Assembly (NCBI GenBank): GCA_041611735.1
Contig: JBFIML010000067.1
Location: 1 to 14,235, forward strand
Direction: 5' to 3'
DNA length: 14,235 nt
From: Myxococcota bacterium
GTDB lineage: Bacteria > Myxococcota_A > UBA9160 > PR03
Under the pieces are notes generated by a model. It saw nothing but the letters and a program-made list of their open reading frames with translations, was not told where the DNA came from and did not search any database. The translations under genes were made by a program, and so were the position numbers. Shown here piece by piece: positions 1-11,900 of this stretch (positions within the stretch are counted from its first letter, which is position 1; each line of letters opens with the position of its first letter).

Positions 1-797
1 CCCGCGCCCCGGTGGCGACCGACCGCGTCGATCTCGTCGATGAAGATGATGCAGGGAGCGTTCTTCTTGCCCTGCAGGAAGAGGTCGCGCACCCGCGAGG
101 CGCCGACCCCCACGAACATCTCGACGAAGTCCGAGCCGGAGATGGAGAAGAACGGAGCGCCCGCCTCCCCCGCCACGGCCCGGGCCAGCAGCGTCTTGCC
201 GGTGCCCGGCGGACCGACCAGCAGCACGCCCTTCGGGATCCGCCCGCCCAGGCGCGTGAACTTCTTCGGGTCGCGCAGGAAGGCGATGATCTCCTCGAGC
301 TCGGCCTTGGACTCGTCCACGCCGGCCACGTCGGCGAAGGTCACGCGGTTGTGGCTCTCGTTCAGGAGCCGGGCGCGCGACTTGCCGAAGCTCATGGCCT
401 TGCCGCCGCCGGCCTGCATCTGGCGCACGAAGAAGATCCACAGCCCGATCAGCAGGAGGAACGGAAACCACATGATCAGGATCTGCTGCCACATGGGCGA
501 CTCGCGGGCCGGCCGGGCTTCGATCCGGATCTCCTTCTCCCGCAGGCTCCGGATCAGGTCGTCCGTGACCACGGGGGCGTAGCTGGTGAAATCCCCACCC
601 TCCCGGAGCTCGCCCTGGATGCGGCCCTCCTCGATGGTGACCGCCCGCACCTCTCCGGCCTCCACGTGGGTCAGGAACTCGCTGAAGGGGATCTCGGCCG
701 GGGCCGTCTGGCTCTGGCGCAGCATGGTGATCAGCAGGAGCACCATCAGCAGGATCACCACCGAGAAGGCCATGTTCTTGTAGAAGGGCTGGTTCAC
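1..797 (-). CDS. ftsH: ATP-dependent zinc metalloprotease FtsH, N-terminal part (runs off the left edge)
   Basis: Not in the ORF track; translated by hand from GTG at 797-795: [28 protein letters not shown]...[26 protein letters not shown]...[61 protein letters not shown]...[23 protein letters not shown]...[15 protein letters not shown]. Two TM segments, Walker A GPPGTGKT, pore motif FVG, Walker B IFIDE. Lies downstream of tilS as is typical. Confidence 0.98.
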   Translation of the reverse strand, partial: MNQPFYKNMAFSVVILLMVLLLITMLRQSQTAPAEIPFSEFLTHVEAGEVRAVTIEEGRIQGELREGGDFTSYAPVVTDDLIRSLREKEIRIEARPARESPMWQQILIMWFPFLLLIGLWIFFVRQMQAGGGKAMSFGKSRARLLNESHNRVTFADVAGVDESKAELEEIIAFLRDPKKFTRLGGRIPKGVLLVGPPGTGKTLLARAVAGEAGAPFFSISGSDFVEMFVGVGASRVRDLFLQGKKNAPCIIFIDEIDAVGRHRGA

Positions 798-872
798 GCG
801 ACTACCCGCCTGGGACCGCTCCGGCAGCTCGGGTCGCCCCGGCCGCCGGCAAAAATCCGCTGTCTGCATTGA

Positions 873-899
873 ACCTTAGCATGGGGCGGGGGAAGGCAA
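873..899 (-). promoter_or_regulatory. Possible sigma70-type promoter for ftsH overlapping the tilS stop codon
   Basis: Minus strand reads TTGCCT-N15-TAAGGT with an extended -10 TG (TGcTAAGGT); the TAA is the tilS stop. The spacer is short. Confidence 0.35.
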
Positions 900-1889
900 G
901 CGACGCGGCGTGAGGCGGAAGCCACCCGCCTCGCGCGCCAGCACCCGGGGGCCCGGCAGCTCGAGCCGCGCGCCCGCGGGCGCGTCCCCCAGGAAGCGCA
1001 CCATCCGCTCCACGTGCACGCGGGTCACGTCCCGGGCCCCGCCGCAGCGGCGCAGGGCCAGACGCGCCAGGCGCCGGGTCAGGGCCTCGGGCAGCGCCTG
1101 CCAGCCCCCGGCCTCGATGCGAAGCGCGTTGGCTTCCTCCACGAAGCGCCGGGTCGCCTCCTCGTCTGCCAGCCGCTCGAGCCACTCGAGCTCCCTCCGC
1201 TGCGCTTCGGCCAGATCGGCGACGGCCCTGAGCAGTTGCGGGTTGAAGGCCTCCTGCAGCCCCGGAAGCCAGCGCGTGCGCAGACGGCTGCGTGCGAAGC
1301 GCGGGCTCGCGTTCGACGCGTCGTCGCGCCAGGCGATGCGCCGCTTGCGGGCGAAGCTGAGCACCTCCGCCCGGGGCACGCGCAGGAGCGGTCGCACCAC
1401 GCGGCCATCCCGGGAGCGCTCGGGGATGCCCGCCAGGCCCTCGGGCCCGGTCCCCCGCAGGAGACGCAGCAGCACGGTCTCCGCCTGGTCGTCCGACGTG
1501 TGGGCGGTGGCCACGAACTCGGCGCCCTCCGCGTCGGCCATGCGCCGCAGCGCCTGGTAGCGCAGCCGGCGCGACGCCTCCTGGAGGCTGGGCCGGACGC
1601 GGCTCCCGCGACCTCGCCGGAGCGCCTCCGGATCCACCCGCTCCACCCGGACCGCCAGGCCGAGCCCGGCCCCGAGGTGCTCCACGAAGGCGGCGTCGGC
1701 CTCGGCCGGGGCGCCGCGCAGGCCGTGATTCACGTGGCCGATCGATAGATTGAGGGAAAGGCGCTCGCGCAGGACGTGAAGGGCGTGGAGGAGCACCGTG
1801 GAGTCCACCCCGCCGGACGCGGCCACCAGGATGCGGCGTCCCGGAATCCCCAGGGCCCGGGACGCCGTGGCCACCGAGCGCAGCAGCAT
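876..1889 (-). CDS. tilS: tRNA(Ile)-lysidine synthetase TilS, short form (337 aa)
   Basis: C-terminal part of ORF 876..3659, from ATG at 1889. PP-loop VAASGGVDS, HVNHGLRG, RRLRY, TAHTSDDQAETVL, RPLL and DASN motifs; adjacent to ftsH. Confidence 0.95.
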   Translation of the reverse strand: MLLRSVATASRALGIPGRRILVAASGGVDSTVLLHALHVLRERLSLNLSIGHVNHGLRGAPAEADAAFVEHLGAGLGLAVRVERVDPEALRRGRGSRVRPSLQEASRRLRYQALRRMADAEGAEFVATAHTSDDQAETVLLRLLRGTGPEGLAGIPERSRDGRVVRPLLRVPRAEVLSFARKRRIAWRDDASNASPRFARSRLRTRWLPGLQEAFNPQLLRAVADLAEAQRRELEWLERLADEEATRRFVEEANALRIEAGGWQALPEALTRRLARLALRRCGGARDVTRVHVERMVRFLGDAPAGARLELPGPRVLAREAGGFRLTPRRLPSPAPC

Positions 1890-1893
1890 GGCA

Positions 1894-1906
1894 AGGATTA
1901 TATCCT
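1894..1906. promoter_or_regulatory. Overlapping divergent -10 elements: TATAAT on minus (1902-1897) for tilS and TATCCT on plus (1901-1906) for the ParB-like gene, within the palindrome AGGAT-tat-ATCCT
   Basis: The only AT-rich patch in the 60-bp divergent intergenic region; a perfect TATAAT lies 7 nt before the tilS ATG. No recognisable -35 on either strand. Confidence 0.65.
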
Positions 1907-1949
1907 GGCGGCCAGCGGCGCCCCGAGGGAGGCCGGTTGGGAGAGAGGC

Positions 1950-2909
1950 ATGGCGGCGCGACCCTCCCGGCGCAAGAAGGTGGAGCCGGCCTCGCTGGGG
2001 CTGGAGCCCCAGGCCATGGCCGGGGGCACACCGCCCCCGGAGCTCGAGGCGGTGGAGACGGCCGTGGCGGAGGCCGGGGGGTGCGTCCTGGCTCGCTATC
2101 GCGATCCGCTGGGCGGGCGCTGGCTCGTCCTGGCGGCCCTGCCCGTGGACCGGATCGCACCGACCCCCTTCCAGCGCGATCTCTCCGAGAGCCACGCCAA
2201 GCGGCTCGAGGACGTGATCGGGCGGGTCGGCATCTTCCTGGATCCCGTGGTGGCAGTGCCGGCGCCGCCGGCTGCGGAGAGCGTCCGGTTCTGGACGCCC
2301 AACGGGCACCACCGGCTCCAGGCCCTGCGCCGGCTGGGGGCCCGCGCCGTGACGGCCCTGATCTCCCCGGATCCGGCCCTGGCCTACCGCATCCTGGCCC
2401 TGAACACCGAGAAGGCCCACAACGTGCGCGAGCGCGCCCTGGAGGCGCTGCGCATGGCCCGCGGCCTGGCGGATCTCGACCCCGGCCGCGGGGAGGGCGA
2501 CTTCGCCCTGGAGCTGGAGGAGCCCGCGCTGGTCACCCTGGGCTTCGCCTACGAGGCGAGGGGGCGCTTCGCGGGGGGAGCCTGGCACCCGGCCCTGCGG
2601 GCCAGCGACGCGTGGCTGGACGCGCCCCTCCCGTCGGCCCTGGAGGTTCGCGAGGGCCGCGCCCGGCGCCTGCTCGCCCTGGACGAGCGCGTGGGCGAGC
2701 TGGTGGCGGAGCTGCGCAGCCGGGGCCTCGAGAGCCCCTACCTGCGCAACTTCGTGGTGTCGCGCCTGCGGCCCTTCCGGCGCGGGGGCCAGCCGGCTCT
2801 GGACGTGGAGGCGCTGCTCGCGCACATGGAGGCGAAGGCCGCGGCCTTCGACGTGGGCAAGGTGCGGCGCGAGCAGCTGGCCCGGGCGGGCGGCTCCGGG
2901 GAGGAGTGA
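1950..2909 (+). CDS. ParB/Sulfiredoxin N-terminal-domain protein (orphan ParB-like, 319 aa)
   Basis: ATG at 1950 follows the SD-like GAGAGAGG (1941-1948). The segment LPVDRIAPTPFQRDLS...LEDVIGRVGIFLDPVVAV...FWTPNGHHRLQAL...ILALNTEK matches the ParB/Srx fold pattern. No parA nearby. Confidence 0.8.
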   Translation: MAARPSRRKKVEPASLGLEPQAMAGGTPPPELEAVETAVAEAGGCVLARYRDPLGGRWLVLAALPVDRIAPTPFQRDLSESHAKRLEDVIGRVGIFLDPVVAVPAPPAAESVRFWTPNGHHRLQALRRLGARAVTALISPDPALAYRILALNTEKAHNVRERALEALRMARGLADLDPGRGEGDFALELEEPALVTLGFAYEARGRFAGGAWHPALRASDAWLDAPLPSALEVREGRARRLLALDERVGELVAELRSRGLESPYLRNFVVSRLRPFRRGGQPALDVEALLAHMEAKAAAFDVGKVRREQLARAGGSGEE

Positions 2910-2926
2910 GCACCCCGCCCCTGGGA

Positions 2927-3784
2927 TCAGCGCAGGGCGCTGGCGTCGCCCAGGAGGACGCGCGTGCCGTCGTCCTTGTCCACCCACACCTCGCAGTGCA
3001 CGCGCAGGCCCGTGCCCTCCGCCGCCTCCTCTCGCAGCTTCGCCCGGGCCGTCACCCGCTCGTCCGCCCACAGCACGTTGGTGAGCTTCACGGACATGCG
3101 CCCGCCCTGGAGCCAGCCCATGCCGAAGTGGTCCTGCATCACCTGGGAGACGAAGCAGGTCGTCATCATCCCCTGCACCACCACGTTCGGGAAGCCGAGC
3201 TTGCGGGCCTCCTCCCGGTCCGTGTGGTAGTTGCGGCCGGGCCCCGAGAACATCCAGCAGCGCCGCAGGTCCACGCGCTTGTGGACCGCCGGCAGCTCCG
3301 GGCCCGAGGCGGTGGGGAACGGGGCCCGCGGCGCCTTGCGGCGGGCGGTTTCCGCGTCCACCACGAAGCCCTCCGGGCGGGCTCCGCCCGCCGGCAGGAA
3401 CGACTGGTGGGTGCGGCCGCGCACGAGCAGTCGGCCGTCGTCGGCGGCGGCGACGTCGGTCTCGTTCACCACGTAGTCGCGGCCCCGCTTCGTATAGCGA
3501 TCCACGATGGTCGAGCGGGTTCGGACCGGGGCGCCGACGGGGATCGGCGCGAACAGCTCCCAGTCCTGACGAGCGTGCAGGTTCCCGAACAGGTTCTTGA
3601 GATACCACTCGCCCAGGAAGCGGTAGCACTCGGAGTGGAAGAGCAGCGGAGGTGCCCACTCCGCGTGGAGCGGACTGGCGTCGTCCAGGGCGTCGGCGTA
3701 GAAGGTCACCAGCTCCGGCGTCACCACGTAGGTGTTCGCCCCGCAGTGCCGCCCCACGTGCGCCGTCTTCCCCCGCAGGTTCAT
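2927..3784 (-). CDS. MaoC-family double hot-dog protein (acyl-CoA dehydratase/hydratase-like)
   Basis: N-terminal hot-dog segment (FYADALDD..PLH...LHARQDWELFAPIPVG...RGRDYVVNET) and C-terminal MaoC-like segment (HTDREEARKLGFPNVVVQGMM...GGRMSVKLTNVLWADERVTARA); divergent from an acyl-CoA ligase. Confidence 0.8.
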   Translation of the reverse strand: MNLRGKTAHVGRHCGANTYVVTPELVTFYADALDDASPLHAEWAPPLLFHSECYRFLGEWYLKNLFGNLHARQDWELFAPIPVGAPVRTRSTIVDRYTKRGRDYVVNETDVAAADDGRLLVRGRTHQSFLPAGGARPEGFVVDAETARRKAPRAPFPTASGPELPAVHKRVDLRRCWMFSGPGRNYHTDREEARKLGFPNVVVQGMMTTCFVSQVMQDHFGMGWLQGGRMSVKLTNVLWADERVTARAKLREEAAEGTGLRVHCEVWVDKDDGTRVLLGDASALR

Positions 3785-3805
3785 GGTGGGACGCCCTCGA
3801 CGCGT

Positions 3806-3829
3806 TGACTTCTCGGCATCTCGAAGTCA
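3806..3829. promoter_or_regulatory. Inverted repeat TGACTTC-N10-GAAGTCA, candidate operator
   Basis: Perfect 7-bp arms in the divergent intergenic region, overlapping the predicted transcription start of the MaoC-like gene. Confidence 0.5.
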
Positions 3830-3832
3830 GCG

Positions 3833-3862
3833 AGCTTAGGGCCGAAAAAGTCGATTCGTCAA
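3833..3862 (-). promoter_or_regulatory. Sigma70-type promoter for the MaoC-like gene
   Basis: Minus strand TTGACG (3862-3857), 18-nt spacer, TAAGCT (3838-3833), about 50 nt upstream of the ATG at 3784. Confidence 0.6.
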
Positions 3863-3909
3863 CAACGTCCCCCCTGGCCGAACCGCGGGGGCTCGGCTAT
3901 CCGGTGCGC

Positions 3910-7159
<3,250 letters not shown>

Positions 7160-7238
7160 GGGCAGCCCGCCGAGGCAGGCGCCGTTCCCCCGTAGGGGCG
7201 AGGCGGGTATCCTGGGGGCATCGGCGAGGAGGACTGCC

Positions 7239-7799
7239 ATGGCCACACAGCGGGACCCGACTCAGGACGAGCTCGGCGAGGAGACCTACTTCGAGCCCGA
7301 GGAGGGCGGCGAGCGTATCTTCGACGCCAGCGCCCTGCACGAGCTGGTGAGCACGTTGCCCGCCCGCCGGCCCATCACCCTCAGGGCCGCGGACACGGTG
7401 AGCCAGGCCATGCGGGCCATGCAGCGCGGGCACCGGGGCTGCGTACTGGTGACCGAGGACGGCACCGCGCACTCGCGCCTGGTGGGCATCTTCACCGAGC
7501 GGGACGTGCTCTTCCGCATCATCGACGGTGGCCGCAACCCGGCCACCCTGCCCCTGGGCGAGGTGATGACGCCGGACCCGGAGTCCCTGCCCAGCGAGGC
7601 CACCATCGCCTGGGCCCTCAACAAGATGTCCGTGGGGGGCTTCCGTCACGTGCCGGTGCTGGACAGCGAGGGCCGACCGGTCTTCGTGGCGTCGGTCCGC
7701 GACGTGGTGGAGTACCTGGTGCAGTCGTTCCCGCGGGAGATCCTGAACCTGCCCACCGAGTTCGGCAAGGACCGCGCGCGCACGCGCGAGGGGGCCTAG
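7239..7799 (+). CDS. Stand-alone CBS-pair (Bateman module) protein
   Basis: Two CBS repeats: ITLRAADTVSQAMRAM...CVLV...LVGIFTERDV...LGEVMTPDP and ATIAWALNKMSVGGFRHVPVLDSEGRPV..SVRDV. SD GAGGAGG at 7226-7232; TATCCT -10-like hexamer at 7208-7213. Confidence 0.92.
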   Translation: MATQRDPTQDELGEETYFEPEEGGERIFDASALHELVSTLPARRPITLRAADTVSQAMRAMQRGHRGCVLVTEDGTAHSRLVGIFTERDVLFRIIDGGRNPATLPLGEVMTPDPESLPSEATIAWALNKMSVGGFRHVPVLDSEGRPVFVASVRDVVEYLVQSFPREILNLPTEFGKDRARTREGA

Positions 7800-7829
7800 C
7801 GCGCGTCCCGGCCCTGGAGGTCCCCCCCG

Positions 7830-8948
7830 TTGCGACCCGGCCCGCTTCCGCTCGCCGCTGCGTTCTTCGTGGCGCTCGGGCTGGGCTGCGACCGGATGCG
7901 GGCCGCGGAGCCCGGGAACGCAGCGGCTTTGGCCGCGCCGCCGGTGGTGGAGGTGGAGACGGCCCGGGTGCGGCGCGGGTCGATCGTCCAGCCCCTCTCG
8001 GCACCGGGAAGCGTGGTGGCGCGCCGCGAGAGCCGCATCGGGACCGAGATCACCGGGCGCATCGAGCGGGTCTTCGTGGCCGAGGGCGACCGGGTCGAGG
8101 CGGGCGACCCCCTGTTCCAGATCGAGCGTGAGCCCTACGAGTACGCCCTGCGCCAGGCCCAGGCAGGTCTCGACCTGGCCCGGGCCGAGCGGGGCCGCAT
8201 CGAGGTGGACGTGGCCCGGGCCCGGACCCTCCACGCCAAGCAGGTGCTCTCCCAGCAGGAGGTGGACCGCCTGGCCACCGCCCTCTCCGTGGCCCGGGCC
8301 CGGGAGCGGCAGGCGGTGGAGGCGGTGGCCCTGGCGCGGCGCAACCTGGAGCAGACCCGGGTCACGGCGCCCTACGCCGGCTCCGTCGCCCGGCGCCTGG
8401 AGGACGAGGGCACCACGGCCCTGGTCCAGCCCCAGACCATCGTGATCGTCCTCCAGGAGACCGCCGAGCTCGAGGCCCGGGCCGCCATCCCCGAAAGCCA
8501 GCTCGCTTTGATCCACCTGGGCGACCCGGTGCGGCTCCACGTGGAGGGCCTCGCCGAGCCCATCGAGACCCAGGTCTCGGCCGTGAGCGACACCATCGAT
8601 CGGGCTACCCGCACCTATCTCGTCAAGATGCGGGTCCCGAACCCGGACCACACGCTCAAGGCCGGCGTCTTCGCCCACGTGGAGATCCTGCCCCGGACCA
8701 AAGCTGACGTGCTGCTGGTGCCCCGCGTGTCCGTGCGCACCGAGGACGGCCGCACGCGGGTGCTGGTGGTGCGCGACGGGCGCGCCCAGGCGCTGCCGGT
8801 CCAGATCGGCCTGGTCTCCGAGGAGGAGGCCGAGGTGCTCCAGGGGGTCGACGAAGGCGACACCGTGATCGTGGGTGAGGCGGCGCGCACCATCGCCCCC
8901 GGCATGCCGGTGCGCGTCGTGCAGCGCACCGACAGTCCCGCCTCGTGA
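7830..8948 (+). CDS. RND efflux periplasmic adaptor (membrane fusion protein), probable lipoprotein
   Basis: TTG start with SD GGAGG at 7816-7820; lipobox-like LGLG-C20; lipoyl half-motifs ITGRIERVFVAEGDRVEAGDPL and VTAPYAGSV flank a coiled hairpin; later IDRATRT...NPDHTLKAG and VLQGVDEGDTV. Confidence 0.95.
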   Translation: MRPGPLPLAAAFFVALGLGCDRMRAAEPGNAAALAAPPVVEVETARVRRGSIVQPLSAPGSVVARRESRIGTEITGRIERVFVAEGDRVEAGDPLFQIEREPYEYALRQAQAGLDLARAERGRIEVDVARARTLHAKQVLSQQEVDRLATALSVARARERQAVEAVALARRNLEQTRVTAPYAGSVARRLEDEGTTALVQPQTIVIVLQETAELEARAAIPESQLALIHLGDPVRLHVEGLAEPIETQVSAVSDTIDRATRTYLVKMRVPNPDHTLKAGVFAHVEILPRTKADVLLVPRVSVRTEDGRTRVLVVRDGRAQALPVQIGLVSEEEAEVLQGVDEGDTVIVGEAARTIAPGMPVRVVQRTDSPAS

Positions 8949-11900
8949 AGCTCGCCGACGTCTCGATCCGGCGCCCCGTCTTCGCGGTGATGTTGATCGG
9001 CGCCCTGGTGGTGCTCGGGTTGATCTCCATCCCGCGCCTCGGGGTGGATCTCTTCCCGCGCGTCGAGTTCCCGCTGGTGAGCGTGACCAGCGTGCTGGAG
9101 GGAGCCGCCCCGGAGACCGTCGAGCGCGAGGTGACCCAGGTCCTCGAGGAGTCCATCAACACCATCGAGGGGATCCGCAGCCTGCGCAGCGCCTCGAGCG
9201 ACTCCCTCTCGCTGATCTGGATCGAGTTCGAGCTCGAGTACGACATCCAGGAGAAGGCCCAGGAGGTGCGCGACAAGGTGGCGGCGGTGCGCGGCGACCT
9301 GCCGCGCGACGTGGAGCCGCCGGCGGTGAACCGCCTGGACCCGGATGCCGCTCCGATCCTCGCCGTCATGCTCGCCGGCCCCCACGCGATCCGCACCCTG
9401 AGCGAGTTCGCGGACAAGCGCGTGAAGCCGCGCCTGGAGCGGGTCTCCGGCGTGGGCAGCGTGACCCTGGTGGGCGACCGCCCCCGGGAGATCCGGGTCT
9501 GGATCGATCCGGTGCGCCTCAGCGGCTACGAGCTGGCCGTGGACGAGGTGCTGGCCGCCCTGGCCCGGGAGCACGTGGAGCTGCCGGGCGGCCGCATCGA
9601 GACCCCGCGCCACGAGTACACCATCAAGACCAAGGGGAAGCTCACCAGCGCGGACCGCTTCGGCGACATCGTGCTGGCGGAGCGGGCCGGGCGCGTGATC
9701 CACCTGCGGGAGGTGGCCACGGTCGAGGACGGGATGGGGGAGGAGCGCACCATCTCGCGCCTGAACGGGCGCCGCGGGGTGGCCCTGCTGGTGCGCCGCC
9801 AGTCCGGCGAGAACACCGTGGCGGTGGCAGACGCGGTGCGCGCCGAGCTCGGGCGCATCCGCGCGGACCTGCCGCCGGGCTACGAGATGGCCGAGGCCCT
9901 CGACACCTCGCGCTTCATCCGCAGCGCCGTGCGGGACGTGGCGGTGGATCTGGCCTGGGGGGCCCTGCTGGCCTCGCTGGTGGTCCTGCTCTTCCTGCGC
10001 AACTGGCGTACCACGCTGATCGCCGCCATCGCGATCCCGTCCTCCCTGCTGGGGAGCTTCGTCTTCTTCTACTTCTTCGGCTTCACGCTGAACACGCTCA
10101 CCCTGATGGCGCTCTCGCTCTCCATCGGCATGCTGATCGACGACGCCATCGTGGTGCTCGAGAACAGCTACCGCCACATGGAGCAGGGAGCCCCGCCGAA
10201 GCGGGCCGCTTCGGAGGGGACAGCCGAGATCGGCCTCGCCGTGGTGGCCACCACGCTCTCGATCTGCGCCGTCTTCGTGCCCATCGCCTTCATGGGCGGG
10301 GTGGTGGGACGCTTCTTCCGGGAGTTCGGTCTGGTGGCCGCCTGCGCGGTCCTGATCTCGCTGCTGGTGGCCCTGTCCCTGACCCCCATGCTCTGCTCGC
10401 GCTTCCTGCGCGTGGAGCGCGAGCCGGGCCGGGTGTTCCGCCTGCTGGAAGGCGGCTACGCGCGCCTCGAGGCCCACTACCGCCGCACCCTGGCCTGGGG
10501 GCTGCGGCACCGGCTGGCGGTGCTCGGCCTGGCCCTGGTGGCCGTGACAAGCGGTATCGGCGTGGCTCGCACCCTGCCGATCGAGTTCCTGGGCGTGGAG
10601 GACCGCAGCGAGTTCAACGTGTGGCTGAAGCTCCCGCTGGGCAGCACCGTGGACCAGACCGTGGCCGTCAGCGCGGCCGTGGAGGAGGAGCTGCGGCGCC
10701 GTCCGGAGGTGCGCCTGGTCTTCTCCACCGTGGGGGGCGGGCTCACCCAGCGGGTGAACGAGGCGAAGCTCTACGTCCAGCTGCTGCACAAGAGCGAGCG
10801 CCGCCTGGGCCAGGTGGCGTTCATGCAGGACCTGCGACGCCGGGTGCACGAGCTCGGGCTGCCCCTCGAGGACTTCGCCGCCGAGGAGGTGCCCTGGATC
10901 GACTTTCCGGGCTCGCGCAGCGCCCAGATCATGTACGCGATTCGCGGACCGGAGATCGACCGGCTCCAGTTCCACACCCAGAGCCTGATGGCGCGCATGC
11001 GCGCCCAGGGCGGCTACGCGGACCTCTACTCCTCCTACGAGACCGGCAAGCCCGAGATCTCCCTGGACATCGCCCGGGGCCGGGCGGCGGATCTCGGAGT
11101 CCCCGCGCTGCAGATCGGACGCACCATCGGGGCGCTGCTGGCCGGCTACAAGGCCACGAGCTTCGAGGAGAAGGGCGAGCGCTACGACGTCCGCGTGCAG
11201 GTGCGGCCCGAGTACCGGGACGACCCCTCCAAGCTCGACCTGGTGCGCGTGCGCGCCCCGGGCGGTGCGCTGATCCCGCTGCGCAATCTGGTCGTGCCCC
11301 GCATCGGGAGCGGGCCGGTGCAGATCGACCGCGAGAACCGCACCCGGGCCATCACGCTGTACGGGAACCTGGAGGGCAAGACCGCCGGCACCGCGGACCT
11401 GGAGGTGACCCGCTTCGGGCGCGAGCTTGGCATCGCCGGCGAGTACGAGCTCGAGCCCGTGGGCCCCTCCAAGCGGCTGCGCGAGACGACCGCGGCGGTG
11501 GGCTTCGCCTTCGGCCTGGCACTGGTAGCCATCTACATGATCCTCGCCTCCCAGTTCAACTCCTTCGTGCATCCGTTCACGATCATGCTCTCGGCGCCGC
11601 TCTCCTTCATCGGCGCCTTCGCGGCGGTGGCGCTGGTGGGGGCGGCCCTGGATCTGATGGCCCAGATCAGCTTCCTGATGCTGATGGGCATCGTGATGAA
11701 GAACGGGATCCTGCTGGTGGACTACACCAACACGCTGCGGGCCCGGGGGCGCTCCCTGCGGGAGGCGGTGCTCGAGGCCGGGCCCACCCGCATGCGGCCG
11801 GTCCTGATGACCGCCGTCTCCACCATCTTCGGCATGCTGCCGGTGGCGCTCTCCCGGGGCGACGGCTCCGAGTGGCGCAACACCATGGGCATCATCGCCA

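Noticed and set aside
12..872. Plus-strand ORFs of 286 aa and 180 aa
   Set aside because: Antisense shadows of ftsH, whose minus-strand frame carries all the AAA+ motifs.
1890..3659. Apparent ~590-aa N-terminal extension or fusion on TilS (927-aa ORF)
   Set aside because: The extension is low-complexity, antisense to the ParB-like gene and out of frame with the MaoC gene; TilS similarity begins at ATG 1889, right after a TATAAT.
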